Positions 37,515 through 46,339 of a stretch of DNA of 64,000 nucleotides are shown one piece after another (position 1 is the stretch's first letter; the number at the start of each line of letters is the position of its first letter). The position numbers and the translations under genes are program-made. Below the pieces are notes generated by a model that was not told the DNA's origin, made no database searches, and saw nothing but the letters and a program-made list of their open reading frames with translations. This stretch comes from Anaerolineales bacterium (GTDB lineage: Bacteria > Chloroflexota > Anaerolineae > Anaerolineales > UBA11858): contig JANQED010000133.1 of NCBI GenBank assembly GCA_028278545.1, forward strand, positions 20,934 to 84,933, read 5' to 3'.

Positions 37515-38219
37515 TCAGGATTTCTGAGAAGCCAAACGATGAGCCCAGCGAGTGGGCTCTGGTAAACGGTAGCCGCCTCCGCAGTTGAGTACAATCCGGA
37601 CCGCGGAGGCCAAATCGACACGGTGCCCGACCGAAACATATACCGGCTTAACACCATCGCGGGTGCGCACAGCAGACCCGATGGTTTCGCCATCATCGAT
37701 CAAAGGTGCAGCGCTGCCGCGGGCATCAAGAAGAGCGTCATGCTTGCCCACCAGGATCGACTTGGCGCAGCCTATCGCCGGCACATCCAGCAGCACGCCC
37801 AGATGACAGGCCAACCCAAAACGACGCGGGTGCGCGATCCCCTGGCTATCGGTGACAAGCACATCAGGTATTTGGGTTAGTTCTTCCAAGGCATACAAGA
37901 TGGCGGGAACCTCCCGAAACGAAAGCAATCCAGGGATATAGGGCATAGAGACCCGTGCCTCGGCGAGACCCTGATCAACCATTTCCATCGCAGGATAGCT
38001 CATCACAACGACCGCCACCCGGGCGACTTCTTTGCGGCGCGGGAATCCCACATCAATGCCAGCCACATATCGAATTGACTCATCCGCCAGGGGCGCAAAG
38101 ATCACACGATCCTTTAATCTCTCTTGAAGCTGAACAGCCTCCCGGGGAGGCAAATCCCATGCATGGGCCCGGCGCGCCCGCGCAAATTCAAGTCCGTCCA
38201 TCCTAATACCCCGCCGCAT
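37515..38219 (-). CDS. nfi: endonuclease V (deoxyinosine 3' endonuclease)
   Basis: AGIDVGF..., YIPGLLSFREVPAIL and VTDSQGIAHPRRFGLACHLGVLLDVPAIGCAKS are EndoV hallmarks. The ATG at 38219 lies 6 nt after the upstream gene's stop. Confidence 0.85.
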   Translation of the reverse strand: MRRGIRMDGLEFARARRAHAWDLPPREAVQLQERLKDRVIFAPLADESIRYVAGIDVGFPRRKEVARVAVVVMSYPAMEMVDQGLAEARVSMPYIPGLLSFREVPAILYALEELTQIPDVLVTDSQGIAHPRRFGLACHLGVLLDVPAIGCAKSILVGKHDALLDARGSAAPLIDDGETIGSAVRTRDGVKPVYVSVGHRVDLASAVRIVLNCGGGYRLPEPTRWAHRLASQKS

Positions 38220-38225
38220 CAAAGT

Positions 38226-39242
38226 TCATGGCTTCACTTTCATCCAAACGAGCGTGTGCTGGAATTCGAAACCGGCCTCATGCAGAACGTCCCCAAGACG
38301 GCCAGCCGGATAGTCCAATGATAACGGTCGGCGCAAAAGGCTTTCCCTCTTCAAGAAAGGGGCAATCGTCCGCAGGGCCTGCGCCTCCGTTTCAGGAGGA
38401 GCCGCCAACCAGAGGTAATCCGCATGGGCATGGGAGGCCTGCCAGGTCAACACCCCCAGAAGACAACCCTTTTCCTGTGCTGCCCAATGCCGCACACGCA
38501 CATCGCTGAAGAAGCGATACAATAATCCCAGAAGGCCAGGGCGGATAGCCTGGAAGCCGAGCTGGAAATGCCAACGCATGGAGTGGGGATAATTCTCAGA
38601 TAACCAGGTGGACTGCTGATCCCAATGACGGGTGCCCCGAATGGTAACCCGCGCCCCAGGTGGAATCTCGCCCCGCAAGGCCTTCGGACGCACGTTCCAG
38701 GTGCTTCGCCGCCCCTGGGCTTCGAATCCCATCGAGGTGTACAGCGCTCCCGCTGCCGGGTTGTCTTCACGCACCTGCAACCAGACTTCAGAGATACGCC
38801 GACGCCGCGACTTCTCCAAAGCTGCTCTGGTCAGGGCGCGGGCGATACCCCGCCGACGATAATCTGGGTGCACCGAGACATTGGCAATCAGGTTTATGCG
38901 TCGCCCGCGATGGAAAAATGGGATCAAGCTCAAATTACCAACGACCTCACCGTTTTCCTCCCAAATATACCCTGCCATCGGCGTAGCAGCACGCGGAGCA
39001 GCAATGGCTCCCCACGGGGAGTCTTTTTGCGCTTTGGCAGTGGCGCGCATCTTCTGTAAATACCGCCGACCATCGACGGTCAGCGTCTCAGCGAAACACA
39101 GCTCGATCAAGTCCGCTGCCGGCTCAAGGTCACGGCGCATGTCAAAGGGACGTAAAGGCTTTTGCCTGTTAGACAGGAAAATTGTTGGTATGGTAGCCAT
39201 CAATACTGAAGGGGGTTGTTGGAATGGATCACATTCTACCAC
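38226..39242 (-). CDS. GNAT family N-acetyltransferase with extended C-terminal domain
   Basis: Acetyl-CoA motif VHPDYRRRGIARALTRAALEKS. 338 aa as drawn. The start is uncertain (an internal ATG at MATIPTIF is possible). Confidence 0.65.
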   Translation of the reverse strand: MVECDPFQQPPSVLMATIPTIFLSNRQKPLRPFDMRRDLEPAADLIELCFAETLTVDGRRYLQKMRATAKAQKDSPWGAIAAPRAATPMAGYIWEENGEVVGNLSLIPFFHRGRRINLIANVSVHPDYRRRGIARALTRAALEKSRRRRISEVWLQVREDNPAAGALYTSMGFEAQGRRSTWNVRPKALRGEIPPGARVTIRGTRHWDQQSTWLSENYPHSMRWHFQLGFQAIRPGLLGLLYRFFSDVRVRHWAAQEKGCLLGVLTWQASHAHADYLWLAAPPETEAQALRTIAPFLKRESLLRRPLSLDYPAGRLGDVLHEAGFEFQHTLVWMKVKP

Positions 39243-39326
39243 TGATGAAATATACGCTGATCAGCATCCCAGGTTGCAGTTCACTTAAGTTTTTAGCTTG
39301 ATTTCCGTTCCTGATTTCTTCATCCA

Positions 39327-40901
39327 ATGTTTCGCGTGATGCGTCGAAAAGCTTTCCCTGAGTTAGGGTACAATAAGCCTGCAATGGACGAGTCGCCTAT
39401 CACCAGGCCATCATCTTGGCGCACAGCTATCCGGCATTTCTGGCGGCGAATTGTGCCACCTGTCAGCCAGGAGCGGCGGGGAGAAGTTCAAGTACGACTG
39501 CGGGATTCCTCAGAGCCTGATTTCAGCTATTTCTTGCTTGTGCTACTATCAAGCGTGATCGCTACCTTAGGCTTGCTGATGAATTCTCCAGCCACGATCA
39601 TCGGCGCCATGCTGGTCGCCCCGCTGATGTCACCCATTATCGGCCTGGGGTTGGGGTCTATCCGAGGTGATGACCGTCTGCTCAGAGAGGCCGCAGCCGC
39701 CTTTCTCCGGGGGTCGGGCCTGTCCGTCCTGATCGCCTTCTTGCTGACCCTAAGCAACCGACTGATCCCCTTTGTCCCACTATTAGCTGACGATCTACCC
39801 AGTGAGGTGATGGCTCGCACCCAGCCCACCCCGATGGATCTGGGCGTGGCTTTAGCAGGGGGGCTGGCCGCGGCATTCGCAATGGCGATGCCGAATATAT
39901 CCGCAGCACTGCCTGGGGTGGCTATCGCCACTGCCCTGCTGCCTCCGCTGGCGACCATTGGGATTGGCTTGGCCTATCAACGCTGGGATGTGGCCGGCGG
40001 CGCATTTCTATTGTTTACCACGAATGGTGTTGCCATCTCTGCTTCGGCGATGATCGTGTTCTTCGCTTTGGGGTTTACGCCACGATCCGTGGAGAAGGTA
40101 GGGCGATTGTTCGGTCTGCCGCGCAGTTTGGTAGTGCTTTCATTGGTGACTATCCTTTTATTGGCACCACTAACGTATATAAGCGTCCAGTTTGTGCGCG
40201 AGGCCAACACCTCCCGCGATCTCGTTGAACGGAACAGGCAGATAGAATCCATCACTGCACAAGAGGTCAGCGCATTTTATGAGGCCGAGGTGACGGAGTG
40301 GCAAATCACCGACGAAGAGAACCGCCTCGTTCTGGAAATCACCATCCGAACACCCCTTCTACTGGGGTATGCCGACATGCTTCAACTGCGCGATGCCATC
40401 GGAGCACATTTAAGAGAAGCAGAGATTTTGTCGGAAGGCCAGGAATTTCAACTACTGCTCAATCAATTCCAGGCCCAACGGTTGGACCCAAAAATCCCGC
40501 CGACGGCAACCGCCACGCCAACGACCACAAATACGCCCACGCCCGGACCCAGCCCAACCCCCACGGCTTCGCCAACACCTGAACCCACGCCGACATCCAC
40601 ACCAACAACGACCCCCTTGCCGACCGAAACGGCCACCCCGCTGCCAACAGCCACCTGGACGCCAACCACCTACCCAGGGTATGCCGCCGGGATTCTATTC
40701 CCCGGTTTGAAGTTGAGGCAAAGCCCCAGCGGACCGGCCATCGCCACCTTGCGGGACGGGGAGCCGCTTACTGTGCTGTACGGACAAGAGATCGCTGACG
40801 GCCTGGTTTGGGTTGAAGTCCAGGATGCTGCCGGGCGCATCGGGTGGATCCCCCAAATCTATGTGCTGACGCCGACGCCGACTGCCACGCCGACTCCCTG
40901 A
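39327..40901 (+). CDS. DUF389 (TIGR00341-like) multi-pass membrane protein fused to Thr/Pro linker and SH3b-like domain
   Basis: DUF389 pattern SYFLLVLLSSVIATLGLLMNSPATIIGAMLVAPLMSPIIGLGLG. Linker TATPTTTNTPTPGPSPTPTASPTPEPTPT.... C-terminal SH3b-like LKLRQSPSGPAIATLRDGEPLTVLYGQEIADGLVWVEVQDAAGRIGWIPQIYV. Start uncertain (39327 or 39384). Confidence 0.7.
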   Translation: MFRVMRRKAFPELGYNKPAMDESPITRPSSWRTAIRHFWRRIVPPVSQERRGEVQVRLRDSSEPDFSYFLLVLLSSVIATLGLLMNSPATIIGAMLVAPLMSPIIGLGLGSIRGDDRLLREAAAAFLRGSGLSVLIAFLLTLSNRLIPFVPLLADDLPSEVMARTQPTPMDLGVALAGGLAAAFAMAMPNISAALPGVAIATALLPPLATIGIGLAYQRWDVAGGAFLLFTTNGVAISASAMIVFFALGFTPRSVEKVGRLFGLPRSLVVLSLVTILLLAPLTYISVQFVREANTSRDLVERNRQIESITAQEVSAFYEAEVTEWQITDEENRLVLEITIRTPLLLGYADMLQLRDAIGAHLREAEILSEGQEFQLLLNQFQAQRLDPKIPPTATATPTTTNTPTPGPSPTPTASPTPEPTPTSTPTTTPLPTETATPLPTATWTPTTYPGYAAGILFPGLKLRQSPSGPAIATLRDGEPLTVLYGQEIADGLVWVEVQDAAGRIGWIPQIYVLTPTPTATPTP

Positions 40902-40919
40902 GCAGTCTACCCAGGGTGC

Positions 40920-41414
40920 TTACTTAGCTCTCCCACAAATGACGGCTTTCTTGGGCAGGCGAAGAGCTTCAGCCAGCACAGCACCACCTTCACTCATTTC
41001 GAACCGCATATCTTCAGGCAGTGCAATGAGATGCGCCGGACATCCCGCCCGGCAGTCGCTAGCGCCAAATCCCCTCAAGGGCACCGATGTGCCGGAAAGG
41101 GCCGCCAAGGCCTGGCTCCACTGGCACTCTAGGGGGAAAGAAGTTGAAGAAACCATCTCCTCGGTGACATAGCAATACCCCTTCACTTCGGCGACGTCAC
41201 GAAAGACGTCGATATGCCAATGGGTTTTGCCTTCCCCGCTCAAGTGGCGTCCCAGGCGCGCCCGCAGGCCGCCAGGCCCGCGCGCCGAGCCAAAATACAC
41301 ATAAACCCCCGGGGGAAAGAGCCCTGTACCCAAACGCCCGACCTGTAATCTGTGGGAAGAAGACTGGGCTAACCAAAGCGCATAACTGCCTGACTCCGTG
41401 GGTATTCCAACCAT
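40920..41414 (-). CDS. DUF123 domain protein (GIY-YIG-like nuclease superfamily)
   Basis: YVYFGSARGPGGLRARLGRHLSGEGKTHWHIDVF is the DUF123 hallmark (HWHIDY/F). Confidence 0.7.
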   Translation of the reverse strand: MVGIPTESGSYALWLAQSSSHRLQVGRLGTGLFPPGVYVYFGSARGPGGLRARLGRHLSGEGKTHWHIDVFRDVAEVKGYCYVTEEMVSSTSFPLECQWSQALAALSGTSVPLRGFGASDCRAGCPAHLIALPEDMRFEMSEGGAVLAEALRLPKKAVICGRAK

Positions 41415-41444
41415 AAATGCCTATCATATCCGCGAGCTTTTTCT

Positions 41445-41473
41445 TTGACAAGAAAAGGCCTAGCCTATATAAT
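41445..41473 (+). promoter_or_regulatory. perfect-consensus sigma70-type promoter upstream of the HNH gene
   Basis: TTGACA 41445-41450, exactly 17-nt spacer, TATAAT 41468-41473. GAGGAG SD before ATG 41529. Confidence 0.6.
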
Positions 41474-41528
41474 TCTGCCTAGTGCTCCATAAGAAATGCG
41501 ATTTGCTACCACTGAGGAGCCCTGAAAT

Positions 41529-42041
41529 ATGAAGAATTTGCACGAGCCTGTATTGGTACTGAACGCCAATTTCGCACCTATCAATGTGTGCACTACAAAA
41601 CGCGCCATCACGCTGGTACTAACTGGAAAGGCCAATTTAGTACTCAATGGGCGCGGCATCATCCAAACAGTCTCGCGCAGCTACCCCCGCCCTTCGATCA
41701 TCCGGCTAGGAATGATGGTCAAGCGCCCCCGCCCGCGCGTGAAATTGAATAAGCGAGAAATCTTCCGGCGTGATAATTACATCTGCCAGTATTGCGGTCA
41801 ACGCAAAAATAACCTCACTGTTGACCATGTTGTTCCACGCCGACTGGGGGGCGACCATTCTTGGGAGAACCTTGTCACCGCCTGTGCTTCGTGCAATCAC
41901 CGCAAAGGAGGCCGCACCATCACGCAGGCAGGTCTACAGCTTTCGAAAAAACCAGGCATCCCCTCATCATCGGCACGCTACATCTTCGGCAGGTACGTAG
42001 GAGGGAACACCGAGTGGATACCTTTCTTAGAAGGATGGTAA
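41529..42041 (+). CDS. HNH endonuclease family protein (170 aa)
   Basis: RRDNYICQYCGQRKNNLTVDHVVPRRLGGDHSWENLVTACASCNHRKG is a complete HNH/zinc-knuckle motif. Confidence 0.85.
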   Translation: MKNLHEPVLVLNANFAPINVCTTKRAITLVLTGKANLVLNGRGIIQTVSRSYPRPSIIRLGMMVKRPRPRVKLNKREIFRRDNYICQYCGQRKNNLTVDHVVPRRLGGDHSWENLVTACASCNHRKGGRTITQAGLQLSKKPGIPSSSARYIFGRYVGGNTEWIPFLEGW

Positions 42042-42044
42042 ACC

Positions 42045-42092
42045 AAAAGACCCTGGTACAAGGAAAAGCTCCCTGACCAGGGTCTTTTTTTT
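42045..42092 (+). terminator. intrinsic terminator after the HNH gene
   Basis: 10-bp stem AGACCCTGGT (42048-42057) / ACCAGGGTCT (42076-42085) followed by T8. Confidence 0.8.
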
Positions 42093-42105
42093 CAGCATAC
42101 CCGCT

Positions 42106-42861
42106 TTACAACTGAATCTTCATAAAGTCCTCTGCGAGAGCGACATCTCCAGAAAATGTCTTCTGGGCCCTTGCGACCAATTCCAGGTGTTTTCCATCTG
42201 TAGTATAGTAGTGGATCAAATACAGGGATTTCGCCCGGGCTTTTTGGGCCACCTCGCCCGCTTGCTCTGATGATGAGTGGCCGGCGGATTTCCCCGTAGC
42301 CTCATGAATGAGCACATCCGCGTCAGCAGCTAACTCTTCGACCTCCGGACAAGGAGATGTATCGCAAGAATAAGCCATTACCCCACCGCTATCAAGCGAT
42401 TCGACTCTCAGACCCATGGCGGGGATCATATGCCTTACAGGCGATATATAAATGCGGAATTCTTCGTCCTCCAAGGCCAGGGTCATCGTCTCGGCAGGCA
42501 AACGGTGAAATGCCACCGGGAAAAAGTTAGGCCAATCCTGCCAACCGAAGGCATCCATCAACTGTTCCATACGGTCCAGGGTGTGATGCAAACCATAAAT
42601 ATTCAGCAACTGCTCCCGCCCTAACAACCACATATCCATCAGCAGAAGCGGCACCGCGGATACATGGTCAGGGTGGAAATGGGTCAAAAAAAGATCGCTT
42701 AGATGTCTGCATTTCAACCCCGCTTTTCTTATCCGAACCAAGGGATTCCCCACGCAATCAACCAAAATGAAACGATTTTCACCCCGTATGGCAAAGTAGG
42801 TGTTCTCGTGCTCTTCATCAGAGACCGCACATGCTGTTCCCAGGAAAATGACTTCAGCCAT
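42106..42861 (-). CDS. MBL-fold metallo-hydrolase (RNase Z-like size)
   Basis: 251 aa. LTHFHPDHVS metal motif, plus later D and H ligand contexts (SCDTS, LIHEATG, LIHY). Confidence 0.8.
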   Translation of the reverse strand: MAEVIFLGTACAVSDEEHENTYFAIRGENRFILVDCVGNPLVRIRKAGLKCRHLSDLFLTHFHPDHVSAVPLLLMDMWLLGREQLLNIYGLHHTLDRMEQLMDAFGWQDWPNFFPVAFHRLPAETMTLALEDEEFRIYISPVRHMIPAMGLRVESLDSGGVMAYSCDTSPCPEVEELAADADVLIHEATGKSAGHSSSEQAGEVAQKARAKSLYLIHYYTTDGKHLELVARAQKTFSGDVALAEDFMKIQL

Positions 42862-42965
42862 AATTATTGTCTTTTATATCACAGGATGAAATTAAGTTTA
42901 TCAGCACTTACGCACTATATCAAGTCACCTCGTGTTCCGATAGGCGCCCACTTCGAACCCAAAAC

Positions 42966-44399
42966 TCAGTGATTCCCAAACATGCGCAAGGCCACCCCAG
43001 GCGTAACAAAAACTTCCAGAATTGCGGCCCCTAACAACATGGGAAGAACCAAAAGGAGCATTATTCTCGCCCAATCCGCTAAGGAATTTAATAGCGCCTC
43101 GCTGATCGTATGCCCTTCAGCCGGGGTAGATAAGGTAGCACCCAACCGCAGAATCGCCGCGCCCGCCAACGCGATCGCTGGAATCTCTAAAACACCATGG
43201 GGGAGCACAAATGCTGTTAAAAACATCCCCGGCGGGATTCCTGCCCTTGCTGCTGTGACGGTGAAATAGCCAATCAAAATGAACGGCAGCATCAAAATGA
43301 TCAACCCCATCACACCGAAGGAGAAAACCCCCAGGATCGTGGCCAGCAGGATCACCCGCAAATTATGTCCCCACACGAGTGGGACGCTTTCGACAGAGAA
43401 AAAGCGCAGCGTCTCAAAACCTTCGACCTCCTGGACGAACCCCTGCTGCAGATTGCTGATACTCATCAGTTCAGGGGGCAGAACGAAGATTTGGGCCTGC
43501 AGCACGCCGACAAAGGCCCCGGCAACAAAGGCCATCAATACCAACAGCAGCGGCAGCCATACTCGTTTGAGCGTTTCAGCAGACCCCCATCTCAACCACG
43601 CAGAAAATGATTTGGTATCCCCAGTAAAAGCCCTCCAGAATACCCGCCAGCTCCACTTCAAATTCAAGGTATCCAGCTCGCGGGCCAAGAGTTCCTCGCG
43701 GTTGAAATGGGCGATGCCCGTACGCACCAATAAACCAGAGATCAGGATTTGGCCGAAGATCGCCCACCAAAGGACATTGTAGCGCGCCCAAAACATGATC
43801 ATACTTTCACCAATCAGCAGCATGGCCGTGGGCACAATGATGAAAGAAGCCAACAAATTGGCCGCCCGCGTGGAGGTCGCCTGGGACGAGATCACCACTG
43901 CCCCACTGACCATCAGCAGCGATTGCACGGTGGTCAAGGCCACCACCTGCACGAGCAAGACCGGGTCTGGCGTCCAGCCAACCTCTCGATATACCCCGAT
44001 CAAATACACCCCAATCCCCAAATAGCTGGCAAATAGCGGAGGCAGCATTACAGCCAAAAGTTTGCCCAAATACAACTGCAAATCCGTCAAGGGGCTAGAA
44101 AGCAGCGGCTCGATACTGCGGCGTTCCTTTTCGCCGACGAAACTTTCTAAGGCAATTACCAGAGACACTGAGATGGGGAAAAAGCCCACCACCATCAAGA
44201 GAAACGGGATCAAACGATCCCCGATCACCGGCGCACCGTATCGCGAGACAAAGCTGACCGCTTCGCGAGCGGTGAAGTTCATCAGCGCGGGGAAGAAAAG
44301 CGTAAGTATTAAAATCGGAACCAGAATGCGCCAATCTCTGAATTGGTCTCGGACTTCGCGGCGGGTAACGATCAAAGCAGGTCTCAAACTAGACCACAT
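42966..44399 (-). CDS. ABC-2 type permease fused to a SpoIIM/DUF95-like C-terminal membrane domain
   Basis: I prefer the ATG at 44399 (MWSSLRPALIVTRREVRDQFRDWRI, an ABC-2/NatB-like N-terminus). The C-terminal half carries the SpoIIM-like motif LPHGVLEIPAIALAGAAILRLG. The start overlaps the ATPase stop (ATGTGGTCTAG). Confidence 0.7.
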   Translation of the reverse strand: MWSSLRPALIVTRREVRDQFRDWRILVPILILTLFFPALMNFTAREAVSFVSRYGAPVIGDRLIPFLLMVVGFFPISVSLVIALESFVGEKERRSIEPLLSSPLTDLQLYLGKLLAVMLPPLFASYLGIGVYLIGVYREVGWTPDPVLLVQVVALTTVQSLLMVSGAVVISSQATSTRAANLLASFIIVPTAMLLIGESMIMFWARYNVLWWAIFGQILISGLLVRTGIAHFNREELLARELDTLNLKWSWRVFWRAFTGDTKSFSAWLRWGSAETLKRVWLPLLLVLMAFVAGAFVGVLQAQIFVLPPELMSISNLQQGFVQEVEGFETLRFFSVESVPLVWGHNLRVILLATILGVFSFGVMGLIILMLPFILIGYFTVTAARAGIPPGMFLTAFVLPHGVLEIPAIALAGAAILRLGATLSTPAEGHTISEALLNSLADWARIMLLLVLPMLLGAAILEVFVTPGVALRMFGNH

Positions 44400-45330
44400 C
44401 CAAGACCTCCTGATCATCGGGCGCGCTGACCGCCTCCAAGTAGACCTGTTCCAGGCTGCGCGGCACCTCCTGCAAGCTGACCACCGGCATCCCCTGATCG
44501 AGTAAAGCACGCAGCATCAAGGGATTGTCTCGCTCAGGATTTTGCGTCAGATAACGAATCCACCTGGCGCCTTGAGCGCTGATGGCAACCTCTGGGAAAA
44601 GAGCAGTAGGCTCCCCGTTGAGCGGGGCTGCCAAGCGAATTTCGAATTCCATAGGCCCTAGAAGAATCTGCTTCAATGCCAGCGGTGATCCTTTGGCGAT
44701 GATCTTACCACGACGGATGATCGCAATCTGATCTGCCAACTCCTCTGCCTCAGCCAGGTTATGGGTGCAAATGATGATCGCCCGTTCGTCGGAGCGCAGG
44801 GCCTTGATCGCGTCCCGCACCAAACGCGCGCTTTCCGGGTCCATTGCCGAGGTCGGTTCGTCGAGCAGCAAAACAGGCGGGCTGTGCAGCAGGGCGCGCG
44901 CCAGCGCTAATTTCTGCCGCATCCCCTTGGAATATTCACCGATGCGCCGCTGACGTTCCCTGAGCAATCCAAACTGTTCCAATAATTCGTGGATGCGCTT
45001 CCGGCGGGCCCCTGGCTCCATAGAGTACAACTGGCCGAAGAAATCAAGATATTCGATAGCAGGCATGCGGGCATATAAGCCATGATCTTCCGTCAAGATT
45101 CCCACAGAGGAGCGTACCTTTGGAGCATCGATGACCACATCATAGCCCGCCACCTGCGCCGTGCCGCGCGTCGGACGTAAAACCGATGTCAACATACGCA
45201 CGGTCGTGGTCTTTCCAGCCCCGTTCGGCCCCAACAAAGCCAGTACCTCACCCGCCCCAACGCGCAGATCGACTCCATCTACCGCCAAAAAATCTTCAAA
45301 CTGCTTGGTAAGGCCTTCCGTCACGATCAT
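44389..45330 (-). CDS. ABC transporter ATP-binding protein
   Basis: Walker A GPNGAGKTT, signature YSKGMRQKLALARAL, Walker B LLLDEPTSAMD. I prefer the ATG at 45330 (MIVTEGLTKQF). Confidence 0.85.
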   Translation of the reverse strand: MIVTEGLTKQFEDFLAVDGVDLRVGAGEVLALLGPNGAGKTTTVRMLTSVLRPTRGTAQVAGYDVVIDAPKVRSSVGILTEDHGLYARMPAIEYLDFFGQLYSMEPGARRKRIHELLEQFGLLRERQRRIGEYSKGMRQKLALARALLHSPPVLLLDEPTSAMDPESARLVRDAIKALRSDERAIIICTHNLAEAEELADQIAIIRRGKIIAKGSPLALKQILLGPMEFEIRLAAPLNGEPTALFPEVAISAQGARWIRYLTQNPERDNPLMLRALLDQGMPVVSLQEVPRSLEQVYLEAVSAPDDQEVLDVV

Positions 45331-45436
45331 CGAGTGTAATTCCGAATTTTGAAGGCTTCCCGTTAGAGTGCTAATGACCTTTGAAACATCGCCAAATTCA
45401 CTTCGAGGAGCACAGCGAGAGTTTATATCCATCCCA

Positions 45437-45466
45437 ATAAAAGAAAGGGGAGGCAACTTGGCCTCC
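45437..45466 (-). terminator. probable terminator after lgt
   Basis: Minus-strand hairpin GGAGGC-CAAGTT-GCCTCC followed by CCTTTCTTTTATT. The T tract is interrupted. Confidence 0.4.
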
Positions 45467-45478
45467 TCCGATCAGAAA

Positions 45479-46282
45479 TCATTCAATGTCAGGCTTCTTG
45501 CGATGCCGCCAGAGCAACACCAGCGTTGATACGATCGCTACCGCCGCCATGATGGTCTGGTTGGTGTTGATGCCCCCCATTTGCGCCGAATCCAAACGCA
45601 GGAACTCCAACAAGAAGCGGCCCACAGGATAACAAACAAGATAAATCAGAAAAAGGTCACCAGCAATCAAACGATCGGCGTATTTCTTGCCCAACCAAAT
45701 CAACAGGGCCATGTTGGCAAGATTCCACATGGATTCATAAAAAAAGGTCGGGTGAAAGTGCGTGAACTGCTCGTAGCCGGGCACTCGATGGGCGGGTTCG
45801 ATGAAAATGCCCCAGGGCAAGTCCGTGGGGAGACCATATAATTCCTGATTGACGAAATTCCCCCAACGGCCGATGGCCTGACCCAAAGCCAACGAAGGTG
45901 CTACAATGTCGGCCCACATAGCAAAACTGGTATTTCGTTTGCGGCAAACTAAATACAGCGCCAAGGCACCGCCGATCACCGCCCCAGGGATGCCCAAGCC
46001 GCCGCGCCAAATCGCCAGTGCGTCCAGCGGATGGGTCAGGTAGTATTTGACTGTGATGCCCTGTGCGACCATCGAGGGAGGCGGTGTGAAGATATGCCAC
46101 AGGCGCGCGCCAATGATGCCGCCAATCAGCACCCAGGTCAGACTGTCCCAAACAAACTCGATGTCCTGCCCTCGGCGTCGAGCGCGATAAGCAGCCAGCC
46201 AGGCTCCCGCCACCGCTCCCAGCATCAGGATCAAGCCATAAAAACGCACGTAAAGGGGTCCAACATTAAATCCTACAGGCAT
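45479..46282 (-). CDS. lgt: prolipoprotein diacylglyceryl transferase
   Basis: GPLYVRFYGLILMLGAVAGAWLA, GGLGIPGAVIGG and GRWGNFVNQELYG are Lgt signatures. Confidence 0.9.
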   Translation of the reverse strand: MPVGFNVGPLYVRFYGLILMLGAVAGAWLAAYRARRRGQDIEFVWDSLTWVLIGGIIGARLWHIFTPPPSMVAQGITVKYYLTHPLDALAIWRGGLGIPGAVIGGALALYLVCRKRNTSFAMWADIVAPSLALGQAIGRWGNFVNQELYGLPTDLPWGIFIEPAHRVPGYEQFTHFHPTFFYESMWNLANMALLIWLGKKYADRLIAGDLFLIYLVCYPVGRFLLEFLRLDSAQMGGINTNQTIMAAVAIVSTLVLLWRHRKKPDIE

Positions 46283-46339
46283 CGTTTTTCTCCCGTGGTA
46301 AACCGGTCAGGCGTAAGTTTTCCCAAAGCGTGCCCAGTT

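Noticed and set aside
38721-38729. TTCGAATCC, a tRNA T-loop-like string
   Set aside because: It lies inside the GNAT coding sequence, and no acceptor, D or anticodon arms can be drawn around it.
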